Assembly (NCBI RefSeq): GCF_009914755.1
Contig: NC_060936.1
Length of the DNA stretch: 64,000 nucleotides
Direction: 5' to 3' (one strand)
From: the human T2T-CHM13v2.0 reference genome, Homo sapiens
Below, in pieces: positions 58,000 through 64,000 of this stretch; within the stretch, counting starts at the first letter, position 1, and every line of letters begins with the position of its first letter. The position numbers and the translations under genes are program-made. The notes below the pieces were generated by a model. The model was not told the origin of the DNA. It saw nothing but the letters and a program-made list of their open reading frames with translations, and did not search any database.

Positions 58000-59219
58000 T
58001 TTTTGGCCAAAGAAAGTTATTAGTTTGGAAGTTATGTACTCTGCTTCTTTTCTTTCCGTAGTATCCCTGGAAATTTTCATAAGCATTCTTAACTCACTAA
58101 AACCTGAAACTAATTAGTATCTTTAGCCTCCTCTTGAAAAATACAAAGAATGTGGAACATTTGAAATTTATTAATTTATTCTTTTGTTATTATGCTATTG
58201 TGTAGCATTTTAAATGTGTATATATATAAGTATTGTATATGCATATGAAATACATACTCAATACATAATATATGCTATATATTATATATAAATATAGATA
58301 TTATATATATAAGTCCACAAGACATTATTATTAGCAGTATTATGCTTGTTTGGAAATACTTATTCTTGTTAGATAGATTCCTCTAGCTTTTAAATTGACA
58401 GTTATTTCTTTGGTCTGCACAACGTAGATATTACTCCGCCATCTTCTGATTTCCGTAATTGTTTTGGGAAGTTAGTTGATTCCATTAGTTGTTGTTCCAT
58501 TGAAGATAATTGCTCTTTTCTTTCTGGATCACTTCATGATTTAACACTATGTAATTGTTCTGTAGTTTTACTGTGATATACTACATAAAGATACCTTATT
58601 TTCTTTGATTAGAATTTTTTGGGCTTCTGAATGTATGGATTGAATCTTTAGATTTAAGAAGCCCAAAAAGCTCAACAAATTAATTATGGGAAGTTTTATT
58701 ACTTCTGAAAATTCTTGGCCGTTGTTTTTACCAATGTTGTTGTTGCTCCATTCTCTTTCTCCTTCTGGAACTCTAGTTAGTGTTAGTAAAGTCGCTTTTT
58801 TTTTTTTTTGAAAAAAAATTAAAAAACTCTCTCTACTATGTCCATTAACCTCTTTTTCACGTTTTGGCTGTTCTGCCATCTGAGTAATTTCAGATATGGC
58901 TTTTATTTCACTACTTCTTTATTGTCTAAGGTGATGTAAATCTGTCCATTGAATTTATAATTTCAATTTTCTTTCTTTCCTTCCTCCTTCTCTTTATTCA
59001 TATATTCTGCTATTTGATGCCGTAATGCTCTCAAAAGTGAAAAACTATTCATGTGAAAAGGAAGCATATGGGGACCTTATGTGCTAGATTCTGATATTAG
59101 TGTGTTTCTACTGCTAAGACATTTGTACCTTTAATGCACTTTAGAGTATTGTATCATTATTGTAATATATGCTTATGGCCTAATTAGAAATGATGTCAAC
59201 TGTGCTTGTATAAAAATTC

Positions 59220-62495
<3,276 letters not shown>

Positions 62496-63828
62496 TGACC
62501 TATGTAAGTAATTTATGAATTTATATTCCTTGATTATTTTTAAAGACATTTGGCATCTTTATGTAATAGAATATTGTATGTATGTATGTTTGTGTGTGTA
62601 TATTTAATCATGTAATATATATGATTTTCAGAATTTTTGAGTTATTTTTCTTTAAAAAGAAAGGGAATTATTATTGGTAATGATAGTACTGTTGAATAAA
62701 CCTGATGTCATTTTGGATTCACTGGGTGTAAACCAAAGAGATATATTTGTTTTCTAGAATCTCCTACAGTAAAGTGAAATAAACAGGCAATCATACTTCA
62801 CAAGTGCATGAGGAAAATAACTATTTTCTTTCTCTTAATGGGAAGGATATAAATTATATGAATGGTGGAAAATGTTTCACATTTTCCTGTTTCTATCATA
62901 TACAGTGTGCAGTTCCCTGTGTAACTCATAAATTGATAAAGATCTTGGCTGAGGGGTAGATTGTAGTATTTGCCTTATTCAGATTGCTGAGTACTGTTAG
63001 GTTCTTGAGTCTGAACCAGCCTTTCAAGGTCTTGGGGCAAATGATTTTTTTCATTTTCATAAAAGGACAGTGATTTTTTTATGTTTGAGAGTATAGAAAT
63101 TTAACTGGTCAAATTTACTTTAGAAAAACTGTTTATTGTTTTGCCCATTGTGAATATTAGTTAAGATTTTTGTAAGCTAACAAAAAAATCGAATGTTACA
63201 GAATCTGTGCTATAATCCCTGTGTTCATCTGTTGAAAATTATATGTATATTTTTAAAGGTTTATATACAGTTATGTGTGTAATTTAGAGAAATTTCAGCT
63301 GTTTGTATTAGGTATTAAATTTTTAATTATGTTTTGCTTACCTGCTAAGACTTACGGGAAATGAAATTTCAGAGATATGGTATCAGTTTTCCTAAAGGCT
63401 AATTGAAGCCATATTTCATAAGCTTATAACTTACAGTGATATAGTTACAAGTTTGGTAAGTAATGTTAAATATTTCTCTGTAAGATCACGCAGAGTAGAT
63501 GTTAAAATTAACAAATGTCTGAGAACTGAAAAAGCCTGGGTTCAAATATATTTTTATAACAATAACCCCAAAACTGACCTTCTTCATAGTATTGAACATT
63601 TTAGAGATTTATAAATGACATTGTCACAAAGGGAATTTCTAATACTCATCATGAATTCTATAGGTACTACCTCAATTAAATTACAGTTTGGGTTTTTTCT
63701 TTGATGAGGATAATAAATTTTTGGTATGTCAGATGTTCTTTATTTTAAAATTATATTGACTTTTAGCTAATTCAGTTATTTAACTTTTAGCAAAAACTGA
63801 ATACAACTGCATTTGGTAAGTACCATTA

Positions 63829-64000
63829 TAGGTTGAACATCCCAAATCCAAAAATCCAAACTGTGAAATGCTCCAAAATCCAAAACTTACATGATGCTGA
63901 AAGCAAATGCTTATTAGAGAATTTTGGATTTGGGACTGTCAAATTTGGGATGGTAAATATTCTGAAATCTGAATACTTCTGGTCTCAAGCATTTTGAGTA
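63829..64000 (+). mobile_element. Tigger4/MER46-type TcMar DNA transposon, runs off the window
   Basis: taggttgaacatcccaaatccaaaaatccaaa...aatgctccaaaatccaaaact. Confidence 0.8.

Overview
Human genomic DNA, AT-rich and roughly half transposon-derived; a six-diagnostic AluYg6 copy points to Homo sapiens. The window lies inside the + strand gene CCDC91 (p56, GGA-binding accessory protein). It contains the first two coding exons: 43281-43324 (ATG at 43295, MDDDDFGGFE) and 45444-45522 (AAETFDGGSGETQTTSPAIPWAAFPT). The promoter and the remaining exons are outside the window. The rest is intron filled with ERVL/MLT2, MaLR LTRs, Alus, old L1M, L2, MIR, MER1B, Tigger4 and a 3.3-kb twin-primed (5'-inverted) L1PA. 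I found no prokaryote-style novel system, and most ORFs in the track are repeat-derived or chance. The most interesting signals are: (i) a stop-free alternative frame across both coding exons, which total 123 nt and would give an endless ORF if back-spliced, with inverted AluY copies flanking them; (ii) candidate alternative 5'UTR exons carrying upstream ATGs; (iii) Thr at codon 36 where I recall Ala; (iv) a near-consensus AluYg6 that may be polymorphic; (v) the L1 inversion with a 25-bp duplication; (vi) a 38-bp orphan retro-insertion; (vii) a palindromic AT-rich tract. Repeat subfamily names and old-repeat boundaries were assigned by eye and are approximate.
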